Origin: Streptosporangiales bacterium | GTDB taxonomy: Bacteria > Actinomycetota > Actinomycetes > Streptosporangiales > WHST01 | DNA length: 64,000 bases | Assembly (NCBI GenBank): GCA_009379955.1 | Contig: WHST01000001.1 | Span: 25,700 to 89,699, forward strand | Direction of reading: 5' to 3' | In this document: positions 28,586-38,917 of the stretch, in pieces | Layout: every line of letters begins with the position of its first letter | How positions within the stretch are numbered: position 1 is the first letter of the stretch | Made by a program: the position numbers and the translations under genes | Notes under the pieces: generated by a model | The model's input: only the letters and a program-made list of their open reading frames with translations | Told to the model about the DNA's origin: nothing | Database searches by the model: none

Positions 28586-29778
28586 GCACGACTCAGCATC
28601 GTGGAGGCGGCGGCACGACAGTCGTCGTGCAGCCGGACGCCGTGCCCGGTCGAGCGGCCGACCGCGACGGTGCCGTCCACGACCTCGGGCACGCCGGTGA
28701 CGAGCTCGGTGTACCAGGTGCGCAGGAACGCACGCACGGTCTCCTGGATGAGGCCGTTCGGCTGGCTGCAGACCAGGTGAACGGCCGCGGCGAACGTCAC
28801 GGGTCCGGTGCAGTCGTGCGGCGCGATCGGGACGCCGTGGGCGTCGGCCATGGACGCCACCTTGCATGCCTCGGTGAGGCCGCCGGTCCACTGGATGTCG
28901 ACGGTGGCGACGTCGACGATCCCGCGGGCGAGCAACGGCTGGAAGCCGCGCCGGCCCACCGCGGTCTCGCCGATGGCGATCGGTACGTCGGTGGCTCCGG
29001 CCAGCCGCGCGAGAGCGTCGACGGCGTCGGCTCGCATCGGGTCCTCGACCCAGTAGGGCGCGAAGCGGGACACCTCGCCGAGGATCCTCGTGGCACAGCG
29101 CAGGTCCCACAGCCCGTGCAGCTCGACCATGAGGTCGAGGTCGTGCCCGACCGCGTCGCGGATCGCCTCCAGCACCGCGAGCCCCTCGAGCAGGTCACTC
29201 CTGCCGATCTCGTGACCACCCGACGCTTCCGCCGCACGGTCGAACGGCCACACCTTCATGCCGGTGTATCCCTCGGCTCGAAGCTCCGCGGCGAGCTCGC
29301 CAGGACGTTCGAGGAAGGCGGCGAGATCCTCCCAGGGACCGTCCCGGCCGTTCGCCGGGAGACCCCAGTTGGCCGACGCCTGCCGCGTGCTCGTGCGCAC
29401 GTAACCGGAGCCGGCGCAGGTGTTGTAGGCGCGGATGCTGTCGCGGCACGGCCCGCCGAGCAGGCGTACGAGCGGGAGCTCTGCCTGCTGTCCGAGCAGG
29501 TCCCACAGGGCGAGGTCGATCGCTCCGTTGCCACGCGTCTCGATGCCGCTGCCCTGGTAGCCGAGGTAGCTCGTGAGATGCGTGCCGGCACGTTCCGGCG
29601 TCGGGTCGGACAGCGCGAACAGGGCGGGCGCGACGGTCTCGTGCAGGTAGGACTCGACGGCGCGGGCACCGAAGAACGCCTCGCCCAGGCCCACCAGCGA
29701 CGAGTCGGTGTGGAGGAGGACGAACAGGAAGTTCGGCTGGATGTCGGGACGAATCGTCTCGAGCGCCGTGATCTTCAT
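28582..29778 (-). CDS. Enolase-superfamily (mandelate racemase/muconate lactonizing enzyme) sugar-acid dehydratase-like protein
   Basis: 398 aa with N-terminus MKITALETIRPD..LFVLLHTDSSLVGLGEA and DLMVELHG / WVEDP / IAIGE metal-ligand regions. ATG at 29778. Confidence 0.8.
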   Translation of the reverse strand: MKITALETIRPDIQPNFLFVLLHTDSSLVGLGEAFFGARAVESYLHETVAPALFALSDPTPERAGTHLTSYLGYQGSGIETRGNGAIDLALWDLLGQQAELPLVRLLGGPCRDSIRAYNTCAGSGYVRTSTRQASANWGLPANGRDGPWEDLAAFLERPGELAAELRAEGYTGMKVWPFDRAAEASGGHEIGRSDLLEGLAVLEAIRDAVGHDLDLMVELHGLWDLRCATRILGEVSRFAPYWVEDPMRADAVDALARLAGATDVPIAIGETAVGRRGFQPLLARGIVDVATVDIQWTGGLTEACKVASMADAHGVPIAPHDCTGPVTFAAAVHLVCSQPNGLIQETVRAFLRTWYTELVTGVPEVVDGTVAVGRSTGHGVRLHDDCRAAASTMLSRA

Positions 29779-29819
29779 CGTGTCGTTCCGACCGTTCTCG
29801 TGAGGGACTGACGAGAGCA

Positions 29820-30674
29820 TTGGCCGCACGATACGGTAGTGCGGTGTTCGAGAGCGCGGAGCTGACGAGGGGATTCACCGCCGGCATCGAGGGGCCGTGC
29901 TGCGACGCGGCCGGCACCCTTTACGCGGTGAACTACGAGCGCGAGGGCACCATCGGGGCGGTGCGTCCCGATGGTTCTGTCGAGGTGTTCGTCGACCTGC
30001 CCGACGGCAGCACGGCGAACGGCATCGTCCGCGACGCCGACGGCACCCTGCTGCTCGCCGACTACACGGGTCACCAGGTGCTGCGACTCGATCCCGTGCG
30101 CCGCACCGTCGTGACGCACGCCGCCCAGCCGCGCATGCACCAGCCGAACGACCTCGCCATCGGTCCGGACCGCCGGGTGTTCGCCAGCGACCCCGACTGG
30201 TCGAACGGCGTGGGCCAGCTGTGGCGGATGGACCAGGACGGCACCATCACGCTGCTCGAGACCGGCATGGGCACCACCAACGGCATCGAGGTGTCGCCCG
30301 ACGGCAGCCGGCTGTACGTCAACGAGAGCGTGCAGCGGAGGATCTGGCTGTACGACCTGCACGCCGACGGCTCGGTGACCGGCAAGCGCGAGTTCACGTC
30401 GTTCGACGAGCACGGGCTCGATGGCATGCGCTGCGACGAGGACGGTGACCTCTGGATCGCGCGCTATGAGCGGGGCACGATCGCGCGGTTCTCGCCCGAC
30501 GGTGTGCTCAGGCGCGAGGTGCCGCTGCGTACCGGGGTCCTGTGCACCAACCTGGCGTTCGGCGGAGCCGACGGCCGCACCGTCTACGTGACCGTCGCCG
30601 ACCACGGCACGGTGGAGTCGTTCCGCGTCGACGTGGCGGGGCGTAGTCACTCGCTCTGGACCGAATCCCCCTGA
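29820..30674 (+). CDS. SMP-30/gluconolactonase/LRE-family lactonase
   Basis: Six-bladed propeller signature (IEGPCCDAAGTLYAVN, PNDLAIGPDRRVFASD, TNGIEVSPDGSRLYVNES, DGMRCDEDGDLWIA). The start (TTG 29820 or GTG 29844) is uncertain. Confidence 0.8.
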   Translation: MAARYGSAVFESAELTRGFTAGIEGPCCDAAGTLYAVNYEREGTIGAVRPDGSVEVFVDLPDGSTANGIVRDADGTLLLADYTGHQVLRLDPVRRTVVTHAAQPRMHQPNDLAIGPDRRVFASDPDWSNGVGQLWRMDQDGTITLLETGMGTTNGIEVSPDGSRLYVNESVQRRIWLYDLHADGSVTGKREFTSFDEHGLDGMRCDEDGDLWIARYERGTIARFSPDGVLRREVPLRTGVLCTNLAFGGADGRTVYVTVADHGTVESFRVDVAGRSHSLWTESP

Positions 30675-30755
30675 TCGGCGGAGAATCGGTCCGGAACGTG
30701 CCAGGCGGCGGAGCCCGAGACGCCGACATGTCGCCTGCCGGAGGGAGCAAGCTCG

Positions 30756-31550
30756 ATGATCGGTCCGGCGCCGCGTCCGGGCCTGGCGTCCGTCACCTAC
30801 CGTCAGCTGACCGCGGACGACGTCGTCCGCCTCGCCGTCGAGGCCGGACTCGAGGCCATCGAGTGGGCCGGCGACTCGCACGTCCCGCACGGTGACCTCG
30901 CCCAGGCGGACCGGGTGGCCGACCTCTGCGACGACGCGGGGGTCCTGGTGTGCTCCTACGGCTCGTACTACCGCGCCGGTCACGACGACCTGGAGACCGC
31001 GGACGACGTGGTGCGCACGGCCGTCCGGCTCGGCGCGCCGAACATCAGGATCTGGGCGGGACAGGTGGGGTCCGCCGACTGCGCCGCCGACGTGCGGCGG
31101 CGCGTCGCCGACGACGTGGGCGGGTTCGCGGAGCTCGCGTCGGAGCAGGGCATCTCCGTCTCGCTCGAGTTCCACAGCGACACCCTGACCGACACGCTCG
31201 AGTCGACGCTGCGACTGCTCGACGACGTCGCGACCCGGGCCGGCGTCATCCGCCCGTACTGGCAGCCGGCCGTCGGGATCGGCATCGGCGACGCGCGCCG
31301 GCAGGTCGACTCGCTGCTGCCGCTGCTGACGACCGTGCACGTGTACGCGTGGACCGGGGAGGGCGTGCGGCTGCCGCTGCGTGCCGCGGAGCCGCTGTGG
31401 CGCGACGTCCTCACCCGGCTGGCCGACGCCACCTCCGACGACGGGTCCGAGCGGTTCGCCCTGCTGGAGTTCGTCCGCGACGACGACCCGGGTGAGCTGC
31501 GCACGGAGGCCGCGACCCTGCGCGAGTGGCTGGACGAGGCCACCGGCTGA
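30756..31550 (+). CDS. Sugar phosphate isomerase/epimerase (xylose-isomerase-like TIM barrel)
   Basis: 264 aa with GLEAIEWAG, NIRIWAG and SLEFHSDTL motifs. GGAGGGA RBS. Confidence 0.7.
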   Translation: MIGPAPRPGLASVTYRQLTADDVVRLAVEAGLEAIEWAGDSHVPHGDLAQADRVADLCDDAGVLVCSYGSYYRAGHDDLETADDVVRTAVRLGAPNIRIWAGQVGSADCAADVRRRVADDVGGFAELASEQGISVSLEFHSDTLTDTLESTLRLLDDVATRAGVIRPYWQPAVGIGIGDARRQVDSLLPLLTTVHVYAWTGEGVRLPLRAAEPLWRDVLTRLADATSDDGSERFALLEFVRDDDPGELRTEAATLREWLDEATG

Positions 31551-31569
31551 CGGGCCGGCGGTGACCTGC

Positions 31570-33060
31570 CTACGCGTCACGCTGGAGGGCGGCCAGGGCG
31601 TGGGTCACGTCCATGGTCGCCGGGTAGAGGTCGCGGTAGAGGGCGTAGAGGCGGTCGTACGTCTCCGCCGTGCCCGGGTCGGGCTCGACGATGTGGTCGA
31701 TCGGATTCCAGGCGTCGGTGTCGGCCTCGGTCACCGCGCCGCTGCCGGCGGCGGCGAGGATCGCGTCGCCGTACGCGGCGCCGACGGTGTTGCGGGGGAG
31801 CTGCTGCGTGGCGCCAAGGACGTCGGACACGATCTGGGTCCAGAGGCCGCCCCTGGTGCCGCCGCCGACGGCGACGAGTCTCGCGGCGTGGCCGCCGGCC
31901 TCGGCCATGGCCTCGAGGTTGTGACGGACGCCGAACGCCGTGGCCTCCAGGGCCGCGCGGTAGAGGTGGGCGCGGCCGTGCCTGAGGGTGATGCCGGCGA
32001 CGACGCCGCGGGCGTCGGGGTCGAAGAGCGGGGTGCGCTCGCCGGCGAAGTACGGCAGCATCAGCAGGCCCTCGGCGCCGGGGCCGACCGCGCGGGCCTC
32101 GTCGACGAGGTCCTCGAACGAGCTGCCGGTGACGCGCCTCAGCCAGTCGGTCACCGCGCCGGACGTCGCCATGCCCGCGGCGAGGTTGTAGGTGCCCTGG
32201 AGCACGCCGCTGGTGCCCCACAGCGTCGGCCAGGTGCGCAGCGACTCCGTGACCTCGATGAGGAACATCGTGGTGCCGTACATGAGCATGACGTCGCCCG
32301 GGTGCTTGACGCCGACGCTCACCGACTCGGTCCAGGCGTCGATCGAGCCCGCGACGACGGGGGTGCCCTCGGGCAGGCCCGTGGTCGCGGCCGCCGCGGT
32401 GGTGACCGTGCCGACGACCTCGCCCGGCCAGGCCAGTCGGGGGAGTGCGAGACCGGGCGCGACGTCGTCGGCCCACTCGGTGATCCATGCCTTCGCCGTC
32501 GGGTCGTAGAGCGGGGTGAACTGGCTGGCGGACGCGTGGTCGAGCACGTACTCGCCGGTCAGCCGGTGGACGAGGAACGAGCTCGACATGTGCACCGACC
32601 TGGTGGCGGACCACACCTCGGGCTCCTTGTGCCGCACCCACGCGAGCTTGGGTCCGGCCGCCTGGGTGGTGAGCACCGAGCCGCAGCGCCGCCGGATGGC
32701 GTCGGCGCCGTACGCCTTCGTGAGCTCGTCGATCTCGTCGGTAGACCTGGTGTCGATGCCGTAGAGGATCGCCTGCCGCAGCGGCATGCCGTCGGCGTCG
32801 CACGGCAGGACGCAGGGTCCGATGCCGCTGGCGCCGACGGCGACCACGCGGTCGTCGGGGCACTGGGCGAGGAGGTCGCGGGTGACCGCGACGACCTCGT
32901 CCCACCAGATCGTCTCGGCGTCGTGCTCGGCCCAGCCCGGACGCGGGGTCGACAGCTCGTGCTGGCGCACGACGGTCGCCGATACCGTGCCGTCGAGCCG
33001 GACGAGCAGGCCCTTCGTGCTGAGGGTGCCGACGTCTACGCCGAGTACCACATCCACCAT
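31570..33060 (-). CDS. FGGY-family carbohydrate kinase (xylulokinase/ribulokinase-like)
   Basis: 496 aa with N-terminus VVLGVDVGTLSTKGLLV..GWAEHDAE and C-terminal GGGTRGGLWTQIVSDVLG. ATG at 33060; the 714-aa ORF-track entry is a run-on. Confidence 0.85.
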   Translation of the reverse strand: MVDVVLGVDVGTLSTKGLLVRLDGTVSATVVRQHELSTPRPGWAEHDAETIWWDEVVAVTRDLLAQCPDDRVVAVGASGIGPCVLPCDADGMPLRQAILYGIDTRSTDEIDELTKAYGADAIRRRCGSVLTTQAAGPKLAWVRHKEPEVWSATRSVHMSSSFLVHRLTGEYVLDHASASQFTPLYDPTAKAWITEWADDVAPGLALPRLAWPGEVVGTVTTAAAATTGLPEGTPVVAGSIDAWTESVSVGVKHPGDVMLMYGTTMFLIEVTESLRTWPTLWGTSGVLQGTYNLAAGMATSGAVTDWLRRVTGSSFEDLVDEARAVGPGAEGLLMLPYFAGERTPLFDPDARGVVAGITLRHGRAHLYRAALEATAFGVRHNLEAMAEAGGHAARLVAVGGGTRGGLWTQIVSDVLGATQQLPRNTVGAAYGDAILAAAGSGAVTEADTDAWNPIDHIVEPDPGTAETYDRLYALYRDLYPATMDVTHALAALQRDA

Positions 33061-33077
33061 TCGCCTACCCTTCCACG

Positions 33078-34073
33078 TCAGCTGCGGCCGCTGAAGTCGT
33101 ACTTCTTGTACAGCTCGGCGGCGTTGTCGGACGTGACGGCGTCGATCGGTAGCACCTGCTTCTTCTCCACCGTCTTCCCGGCGGCGAGGTCGTTCGCGGC
33201 CTTCGCCGCCTCCTCCGCGCCGGTCGGGTAGATGAAGGTGCCGGTCAGCTTGCCCTGCTGGACGGCCCTGATGCCGCCGTCGGGGATCGCGAGGCCGTCG
33301 GTGCCGATGAACTTGATGTCCTTCTCCTTGCCGGCCGCGGCCGCCGCCTGGTAGGCGCCGAGCGCCATCGGGTCGTTCTCGGCGTACACCAGGTCGATGT
33401 CGAGCTTCTGTGACAGCCACTGGCTGGTGATGCGCGTGGCGTCGGGCTTGAGCCACTTGGCCTCGCGCTTCTTGAGGATCTTGATCTTCGGGTTGGACTT
33501 GATGCCCTCCTCGAAGCCCTTCAGCCGGTCGATCTGCGGCTGGTTGGAGAGGATGCCCTGCAGCACGACGACGTTGCCGCCGTCCGGCAGCTCCTTGGCC
33601 GCGAGCTCGCCGGCCTTGCGGCCCGCCTCGACGTTGTCGCCGCCGATGAACGACGAGTAGCAGTCGGTGTTGACCGAGCGGTCGAGGATGATCACCGGGA
33701 TCTTCTTCTCGCACGCCTTGTCCACCACCGGGGTGAGCGGTGCCGACTCGTTGGGCGACACGATCAGCACGTCGACGTTGTTGGTGATGAAGTTCTGCAC
33801 CTGCGAGACCTGCTTGCCACTGTCCTGCTGGGCGTCGGTGATCGGCATCAGCTTGAGCTTCGGGTACTTCTTCACGAAGTACTCGAGCTGGATGTTGAGC
33901 TGCGCCCGGTACGGCTCGGCGTTGTTGGACTGGCTGTAGCCGACGACGAACTCGTCCTTGTCCGTCTCCTTCTGGCCCGTCGGCTCGTCGGTCGACGCGC
34001 AGGCGGTGGCGGTGACGAGCCCGGCGACGACCGCGAGCGCGGCGACGCTCAGGCGCCTCTTCGTTGCGAACAT
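33078..34073 (-). CDS. Sugar ABC transporter substrate-binding lipoprotein (ribose/RbsB type)
   Basis: Lipobox LVTATACAS and a periplasmic-binding-protein type I pattern (VVGYSQSNNAEPYR, VDVLIVSPN, IPVIILDR). ATG 34073 with GAGGAGG upstream. Confidence 0.85.
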   Translation of the reverse strand: MFATKRRLSVAALAVVAGLVTATACASTDEPTGQKETDKDEFVVGYSQSNNAEPYRAQLNIQLEYFVKKYPKLKLMPITDAQQDSGKQVSQVQNFITNNVDVLIVSPNESAPLTPVVDKACEKKIPVIILDRSVNTDCYSSFIGGDNVEAGRKAGELAAKELPDGGNVVVLQGILSNQPQIDRLKGFEEGIKSNPKIKILKKREAKWLKPDATRITSQWLSQKLDIDLVYAENDPMALGAYQAAAAAGKEKDIKFIGTDGLAIPDGGIRAVQQGKLTGTFIYPTGAEEAAKAANDLAAGKTVEKKQVLPIDAVTSDNAAELYKKYDFSGRS

Positions 34074-34095
34074 CGAGTCCTCCTCGGACGGGTTG

Positions 34096-35211
34096 CTATG
34101 ACGCGGGTCTGACGAGCCGGCGCACGGTCGCGACGGCACTGGAGATGAGATCCGGACGTTGCAGGACGACCGCGACCACGACGATGCAGCCCTTGATGAT
34201 CAGCTGCATGTTGTCGCTGACGGCGTTGAGGCCGAGCACGTTGTCGAGGAGCGTGAGGATCAACGCGCCGACGAACGTGCCGACCATGCTGCCGCGACCG
34301 CCCTGCAGGGCGGCGCCGCCGATGACACAGGCGGCGATGGCGTCGAGCTCGTACATCTGGCCGGCCTGGGGGTCGGCCTGCGAGCTGTACGCGGCGTCGA
34401 TCGGCCCGGCGAAGCCGGCGAGCATGCCGCAGAGGGTGAAGACGGCGATGCGGACGGCGGCGACGTTGACGCCGGACAGCCGCGCCGCGGTCTCGTTGCC
34501 GCCGACCGCGTAGATGTGCCGGCCGAACCTCGTCTTGGTCAGCACGAGGTGGAACACGATCGCGACGACGACGAAGGCGAGCACCGGGTAGTAGACACCG
34601 GCGCCGAGCACGCCCTCGAACAGGTTGCGTCCCGGCGTGCCGAACAGCTGGAACTGCTCGGAGTGCGGGCTCAGCTCGCCGCTCTCGGTGACGATCTCGG
34701 TGCCGACGCTGACGTTGTCGCTGATGTGCCGATCGATCCCGCGGAAGATCGACAGCGTCGCCAGGGTCATGACGAACGGCTGGATGCGCAGCCAGGTCGT
34801 GCCCGCGCCGTTGACGAACCCCATCGCCGCGCCGACGACCATGCACAGCGGCAGGATCAGCAACGGCGGCATGTCGGCCCGTGCGAGCATCATCGCCGAC
34901 GCCATCGACGCGAGCGCCAACATCGAGCCGACCGACAGGTCGATGCCCGCGGCGAGGATGACGAGCGTCTGCCCGATCGCCAGGATGCCGCGGGACGCGA
35001 ACGCGCCGACCGCGTTGGTCAGGTTGCCCTGGTCGAGGAACGTGGTGCCCTTGGTGGCGATGCCGGCGATCACCACGAGCGCGAGCCCGATGTAGCCCTG
35101 GAGGCTGCCGGGCGCGGCGAGCACGCGTGCCCAGCGCTCGCGCGGCTGGTTCTGCACCAGCGTGGGCAGCTCCGTGCCGGGTCCTGAGGAGTCGCGGGTG
35201 GGTTCGGACAT
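34096..35211 (-). CDS. Sugar ABC transporter permease (RbsC-like)
   Basis: 371 aa polytopic protein with motif LAAGIDLSVGSMLAL. The start overlaps the ATPase stop (TGATG). Confidence 0.85.
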   Translation of the reverse strand: MSEPTRDSSGPGTELPTLVQNQPRERWARVLAAPGSLQGYIGLALVVIAGIATKGTTFLDQGNLTNAVGAFASRGILAIGQTLVILAAGIDLSVGSMLALASMASAMMLARADMPPLLILPLCMVVGAAMGFVNGAGTTWLRIQPFVMTLATLSIFRGIDRHISDNVSVGTEIVTESGELSPHSEQFQLFGTPGRNLFEGVLGAGVYYPVLAFVVVAIVFHLVLTKTRFGRHIYAVGGNETAARLSGVNVAAVRIAVFTLCGMLAGFAGPIDAAYSSQADPQAGQMYELDAIAACVIGGAALQGGRGSMVGTFVGALILTLLDNVLGLNAVSDNMQLIIKGCIVVVAVVLQRPDLISSAVATVRRLVRPAS

Positions 35212-36821
35212 CAGTCGCTACGCCGTTCGCCTGTCGTCGGGTCGGCCGGTGTGGTGAGGACGGCCTCGCGGGCCATGGCCGCGTCGAGGAGCTTCTCCTG
35301 GGTGGCCTCGGCGTGGGTGAACTCGCCGGTGAGGCGTCCCTCGCAGAGGACGAGGATGCGGTCGCACATGTTGAGCAGCTCGGGCAGCTCGGAGGAGACC
35401 ATCAGGATGCCCGCGCCCTGCGCGGCGAGGCGGTTCATCAGTCCGTAGATCTCCGCCTTCGCGCCGACGTCGATGCCGCGCGTGGGCTCGTCCATGAGGA
35501 GCAGGACGGGCTCGGTCAGCAGGCACTTCGCGAGGACGACCTTCTGCTGGTTGCCGCCCGACAGCGTGTTGACCTCGGCGGTGGTGCTCCGCGCCTTCAC
35601 CCGCAGCCCGGTGACCATGTCGTCGACGCCTGCGCGCTCGCGCCGGCCGTTGACGAAGGGGCCGAAGGAGAACGACGACAGCGCGGCGAGGCTGGCGTTG
35701 AACCGCACGGTCGCCCGCAGCACCAGGCTCTGGCTCTTGCGGTCCTCGGCGACCAGGGCGAGACCGCGAGCAATGGCGCGACGCGGGCTCGTCGGGCGGT
35801 ACGGCCGGCCGCCGATCTCCATGGTGCCGCTGACCGCGCCGGACGGGTGGGCGCCGTAGACGGCCTCGAGCACCTCGCTGCGTCCGGCACCCATCAGACC
35901 CGCGATGCCGACGATCTCGCCCGCGCCGACGTGCAGCGACACGTCGCGTACGGGCATGCGACCGACCCGGGCGTCGCCGTCGACGGACAGGTGCTCCACC
36001 CGCAGCCGCGGGCCGCCGTCGCCCCGGCGCCGGTCGCCGCGGGGGAACAGCTCGCCGAGCGGCCGTCCGACCATCATCGAGATCAGCTCCGACCGTGTGG
36101 TGGCGGCCATCTCGCGCGTGCCGATGTACTCGCCGTCGCGCAGCACGGTGACCGTGTCGGCGATCTCGGACAGCTCCTCGAGCCGGTGCGAGATGTAGAT
36201 GACGGCGGCACCGCGTGCGGCGAGCGTGCGGATGACCCGGAACAGCGCGCGCACCTCGGCGTCGGCGAGCGCCGACGTCGGCTCGTCCATCACGAGCACG
36301 CGGACGTTGAGTGACAGTGCCTTGGCCACCTCGACGAGCTGCTGCTCCGCGACCTTGAGCTGCCGGACGGGACGCCGTGGCGGGAGCCGCAGGCCCAGCT
36401 CCGCGAGCAGTTCGCGCGACCGCGCGTCCATACTCGTGCGGTCGAGCGTGCCGCGTGCGGTGCGCAGCTCACGGCCGAGGAAGATGTTGTCGGCGATCGA
36501 CAGCTCGGGCACCAGGTTGAGCTCCTGGTGGATCATGGCCACGCCGAGGGCCTGCGCGTCCCGGGGATGGTGGATCGCCGCCTGCTCGCCGTCGACCTCG
36601 ATCGTGCCGCCGTAGTCGGCGAAGACGCCCGACAGCACGTTCATCAGGGTGGACTTGCCCGCGCCGTTCTCGCCGAGGATCGCGTGCACCTCGCCCGCGT
36701 GCACGGTGAGGTCGACGCCGCGCAGCGCACGCACGCCGGGGAACGCCTTCTCGATGTCGCGCATCGCGAGGACGACGGGGGAGTCGTGGACGGGCGTGCG
36801 CCCGTCCGCCGTCACGATCAT
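35211..36821 (-). CDS. Sugar ABC transporter ATP-binding protein (duplicated ATPase, RbsA-like)
   Basis: Two Walker A / signature sets ([10 protein letters not shown]...LSGGNQQK). ATG 36821 overlaps the GH172 stop (ATGA). A later start near MRDIEKAF is possible. Confidence 0.85.
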   Translation of the reverse strand: MIVTADGRTPVHDSPVVLAMRDIEKAFPGVRALRGVDLTVHAGEVHAILGENGAGKSTLMNVLSGVFADYGGTIEVDGEQAAIHHPRDAQALGVAMIHQELNLVPELSIADNIFLGRELRTARGTLDRTSMDARSRELLAELGLRLPPRRPVRQLKVAEQQLVEVAKALSLNVRVLVMDEPTSALADAEVRALFRVIRTLAARGAAVIYISHRLEELSEIADTVTVLRDGEYIGTREMAATTRSELISMMVGRPLGELFPRGDRRRGDGGPRLRVEHLSVDGDARVGRMPVRDVSLHVGAGEIVGIAGLMGAGRSEVLEAVYGAHPSGAVSGTMEIGGRPYRPTSPRRAIARGLALVAEDRKSQSLVLRATVRFNASLAALSSFSFGPFVNGRRERAGVDDMVTGLRVKARSTTAEVNTLSGGNQQKVVLAKCLLTEPVLLLMDEPTRGIDVGAKAEIYGLMNRLAAQGAGILMVSSELPELLNMCDRILVLCEGRLTGEFTHAEATQEKLLDAAMAREAVLTTPADPTTGERRSD

Positions 36822-38863
36822 CTGCCGGCGGACCGCCCGGCCTCGTCGCCGGGGCCGTACCAGTACGCGGTCGAGGCGTAGTCGGCCGGCATGTCGCTCG
36901 CCGGTCCGTGCTCGATCGTGAAGCGCAGGCCGTCGTGGAACGACGGGGCGTCCGCGATCGTGAGCCGGTAGGCGCCGGTGCAGTCGTACGTGCAGCCGTA
37001 CGAGGAGATCTCGTGAGCCGGGTTGCCGTTGGTCGGGGCGTTGAACGTGCCGCGGTTGAAGTACCAGCCCGCCTCGTAGAAGTCCTCGGTGCCCGTGCCG
37101 TGCCACTGCGGCTCGGTGGCGCCGTTGGCGTAGACCCGCTCGTCGCCCTCGAGGTAGTTGCGCTGGTTGCCCGAGGTGATCTGGCCGACCATCGTGTGGG
37201 TCACGCCGATGAACTTGCCGCGACCCGGCGTGTCGAGGAATGCGTAGTCCTCGCCGTTCACCACGGCCTGCGCGCGCGAGGTGGCGCGGAAGGTGCCGGT
37301 CTCGGCCTGCCGGCCGCGGTCCCTCGCCTGTTTCCCCGTCGTGACGTCGGCGCTGCCGCCCTCGATCGCGACGTCGGAGCCGTTGTGCAGCTCGACCTCG
37401 ACGTGGCTGCCGTACGGCATCGGCCACCACGACGTGAGCGTCTTCGCCTCAGGGTCGACGCCCGACATCAGCGTGCGCACCTCGTACAGGCCGAGGCCGG
37501 TGCCGAAGAACTCGCCCAGCGGGGAGTCGACGAGCCGCCTGCCGTCGACGGTGACCCACAGGCGCGCGTTCGCCAGGACGGGGTCGCTCGGCTGCACGAG
37601 TTCCTGGTCCTCGTCGCTCGGCGGGTAGCTGAACGTCCGCGTGCCGAACCACTTCGCCTGCTCGATCGTGTAGTCGTGCGTGGCCTCGGACGGGTTGCCG
37701 TCGCCGACGTCGACGGTGTCGGTGCGGGTGGCCTCGCCGCCGACGATGCTGTCGACGTCGTAGCGGAACTCGTTGAAGTCGAGGTCCGACGAGACGAACG
37801 CGTTGCGGACGGTCACGCTCGACTTCCCCGCGGTCGCCGACGCGGGCAGGTCGACGGTCTGGTCGGCCCACTGGCCGCCGGCCGTCGGCGGGACGGGCGA
37901 CCACTCGGCGACCTTGTTGCCGTCGACGAGCACGTCGGCACGCTGGTTGCCGATGGCGGAGTCGTACCGCCGGGTGAGCCTGACGCCCTCGTTGGCGGGG
38001 TCGATCGCCGCGGTGAACTGGCTGTGGCCGTCCGCGCCGAACGCGCGGCCGTCGTCGGTGACCGTCGGGTTGGTCGGGCCGACGAGCTGGGGGAGGGTGA
38101 CCTTCAGCGCGGTGAGCACGCCGGCGCCGTCCTGCTCACCGATGGTGGCGGTGCCACCGGCGGGGATGTCGACGGGAGCGTGCCTGGTGCGGGACCTCTT
38201 CGCCCGCGGCTTGGGGTCGGCCGTGCCCGCGGCCTTCAGGGTCGCGATGACGTCCTCCGCCCTGTCGGACGGGTCGAACGTCGTCACGCCCTCGGCGTCG
38301 GGGAAGGTGCGGTGCGACACGTGGTGGAAGAGCGGGTTGTTGTCGGTGCTCACCCGCATCGACTCGCGGTACGGCATCGGCACCTTGAGGTAGACGCCAC
38401 CCGAGCTCTGGTCGCCGTTCGCGACGAGCGGGTGGACGAACGGCGCGCCGAGCTTGCCGTCGACGACGTCCTGCAACGGCGCGTCGAGCACGGTCATGCC
38501 GTCGAGCTCGATGCGGATGTTGCCCGTCTTCGTGACGTTGCCCTCGTCCCTGGTGAACCAGATCGAACCGATCTCGCCCGCGCCCTCGTGCTCGGCGATG
38601 ACGCAGCGGCCGGCGTCCTGGTGCAGGCAGGAGTACGTGCCGTCGAACCCGTCGTTGTTGCCGCCGGTGCGGTCGTAGCTGGAGAACTGGTGGGCCTCGG
38701 TGGCGGTGGCGAGCTCGGGCAGCCGGTCGAGGCGCCGGTAGGCGTCCCAACCGACCGGGCCCTTCTCGGACGCCCGCGGAGCGGCGGCGGCGTAGCCGGG
38801 GACGAGAGTGAGGACGAGGGCGAGTCCGGCGGCGGCGCCGAGGGAGCGCCTGATGATCGACAT
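36818..38863 (-). CDS. Secreted DUF2961 / glycoside hydrolase family 172 protein (681 aa, extended form)
   Basis: Signal peptide [29 protein letters not shown] (RR motif, so possibly Tat). Motifs [19 protein letters not shown] and [15 protein letters not shown] are characteristic of DUF2961. Confidence 0.75.
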   Translation of the reverse strand: MSIIRRSLGAAAGLALVLTLVPGYAAAAPRASEKGPVGWDAYRRLDRLPELATATEAHQFSSYDRTGGNNDGFDGTYSCLHQDAGRCVIAEHEGAGEIGSIWFTRDEGNVTKTGNIRIELDGMTVLDAPLQDVVDGKLGAPFVHPLVANGDQSSGGVYLKVPMPYRESMRVSTDNNPLFHHVSHRTFPDAEGVTTFDPSDRAEDVIATLKAAGTADPKPRAKRSRTRHAPVDIPAGGTATIGEQDGAGVLTALKVTLPQLVGPTNPTVTDDGRAFGADGHSQFTAAIDPANEGVRLTRRYDSAIGNQRADVLVDGNKVAEWSPVPPTAGGQWADQTVDLPASATAGKSSVTVRNAFVSSDLDFNEFRYDVDSIVGGEATRTDTVDVGDGNPSEATHDYTIEQAKWFGTRTFSYPPSDEDQELVQPSDPVLANARLWVTVDGRRLVDSPLGEFFGTGLGLYEVRTLMSGVDPEAKTLTSWWPMPYGSHVEVELHNGSDVAIEGGSADVTTGKQARDRGRQAETGTFRATSRAQAVVNGEDYAFLDTPGRGKFIGVTHTMVGQITSGNQRNYLEGDERVYANGATEPQWHGTGTEDFYEAGWYFNRGTFNAPTNGNPAHEISSYGCTYDCTGAYRLTIADAPSFHDGLRFTIEHGPASDMPADYASTAYWYGPGDEAGRSAGR

Positions 38864-38917
38864 TGATCGGGCCTCTCGGTAGAGGTGTCGTGGCGGCATC
38901 CGGGGGCGTGGCGGGCA

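Noticed and set aside
29796-29816. Inverted repeat TCTCGT-N9-ACGAGA between the dehydratase and lactonase genes as an operator or an RBS-sequestering hairpin
   Set aside because: The arms are only 6 bp and there is a single occurrence. The lactonase start codon itself is uncertain, so any functional reading would be speculative.
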